24,000 nt of DNA. It comes from Phycisphaerae bacterium. Lineage in GTDB: Bacteria > Planctomycetota > Phycisphaerae > UBA1845 > PWPN01. Below are positions 23,544 through 24,000 of the stretch, in pieces; the stretch's first letter is position 1; every line of letters begins with the position of its first letter. The position numbers were made by a program, and so were the translations under genes. The notes under the pieces were generated by a model, which saw nothing but the letters and a program-made list of their open reading frames with translations, was not told the DNA's origin and did no database searches. Where the stretch lies: contig JAUCQB010000201.1 of the NCBI GenBank assembly GCA_030372985.1, forward strand, positions 1 through 24,000. The letters are read 5' to 3'.

Positions 23544-24000
23544 ACGATCCGATTGCCGCCGCTATTTCCGACCATCGCCGACTGCTTCAGGGTCTGGACG
23601 CCCACGGACCTCTGCTTCGCGACATCGCCCGAACAGTCATTGACGCCATCGAGGACGGCCACCGCGTGTTCATTCTGGGCAACGGGGGCAGCGCGGCCGA
23701 CGCCCAGCACATTGCCGCCGAACTGGTCGGCCGTTTCAAACGGGACCGGCGTCCCCTGCCGGCCATCGCACTGACCACGGATACCTCTAATCTGCTGTCC
23801 ATCGGCAACGATTACGGCTTCGGCCATGTGTTCACCCGCCAGGTGGAGGGGCTGGTTCGGGCCGGAGACGTGGTCTGGGCCTTGTCCACCTCCGGGAATT
23901 CATCCAATGTGCTTGAGGCGGTCCAGGCCGCACGGTTGCTGGAGGCCTGCGTGATCGGCTTCTCCGGAAGAACGGGCGGCAGGCTAAAGCCTCTTTGTGA
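23540..24000 (+). CDS. gmhA: D-sedoheptulose 7-phosphate isomerase (partial, runs off the window)
   Basis: The ATG at 23540 overlaps the hldE stop (ATGA). My translation is MNDPIAAAISDH...VFILGNGGSAADAQHIAAELVGRF...LSTSGNSSNV, a SIS-domain GmhA signature. There is no stop before 24000. Confidence 0.88.
   Translation, partial: MNDPIAAAISDHRRLLQGLDAHGPLLRDIARTVIDAIEDGHRVFILGNGGSAADAQHIAAELVGRFKRDRRPLPAIALTTDTSNLLSIGNDYGFGHVFTRQVEGLVRAGDVVWALSTSGNSSNVLEAVQAARLLEACVIGFSGRTGGRLKPLC

Noticed and set aside
1-24000. Search for tRNA, rRNA, CRISPR arrays, IS elements and tandem repeats
   Set aside because: I noticed no T-loop-like GGTTCGAATCC-type motifs in intergenic DNA, no regularly spaced direct repeats and no transposase-like ORFs. 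A by-eye scan can miss short or degenerate elements, so tRNAscan, Infernal and a CRISPR finder should confirm.

Overview
This is a high-GC bacterial chromosomal fragment, densely coding on both strands. All calls are by-eye motif recognition from the ORF track; no searches were run.

I can support about 24 protein genes, nearly all housekeeping:
- rsmD-cca on the minus strand.
- A plus-strand run of a YkgJ-family Cys-cluster protein, hisS and a HYExAFE / PD-(D/E)xK-like gene.
- Three small membrane-anchored ORFs, followed by bioB tightly coupled to a KAS I/II-type condensing enzyme.
- A minus-strand pair of a class II aldolase and an atypical MDR dehydrogenase.
- yhbY, frr, a large polytopic membrane protein and a stand-alone HNH endonuclease.
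- pgeF plus a Zn-ADH, then trpA.
- xerD preceded by a small Cys-rich ORF.
- A secreted GH172/DUF2961 protein with a long C-terminal extension.
- hldE-gmhA, with gmhA running off the right edge.

I recognised no rRNA, tRNA, CRISPR array, transposase or phage block.

Bases 10-42 are an exact Illumina Nextera (Tn5 mosaic-end) adapter, so the left end is an assembly artefact. The broken zinc-ribbon gene next to it should be read with caution.

Six intergenic regions carry sigma70-like TTGnnn-16/17-TAnnnT promoters, three of them with a perfect TATAAT.

The family content suggests a Planctomycetota-like MAG, but that is inference. The relevant signals are the HYExAFE signature, the CxxC..CPECG ribbon, DUF2961 with a WxVxGPF-type tail, and an orphan trpA.

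I do not see a clear-cut novel multi-gene system such as a defence island. The most promising leads are:
- The tandem paralogous small membrane proteins upstream of bioB.
- The bioB-KAS coupling.
- The aldolase plus insertion-bearing MDR pair.
- The PD-(D/E)xK-like HYExAFE gene.
- The Cys-rich ORF overlapping xerD.
- Structured leaders upstream of trpA and hldE.
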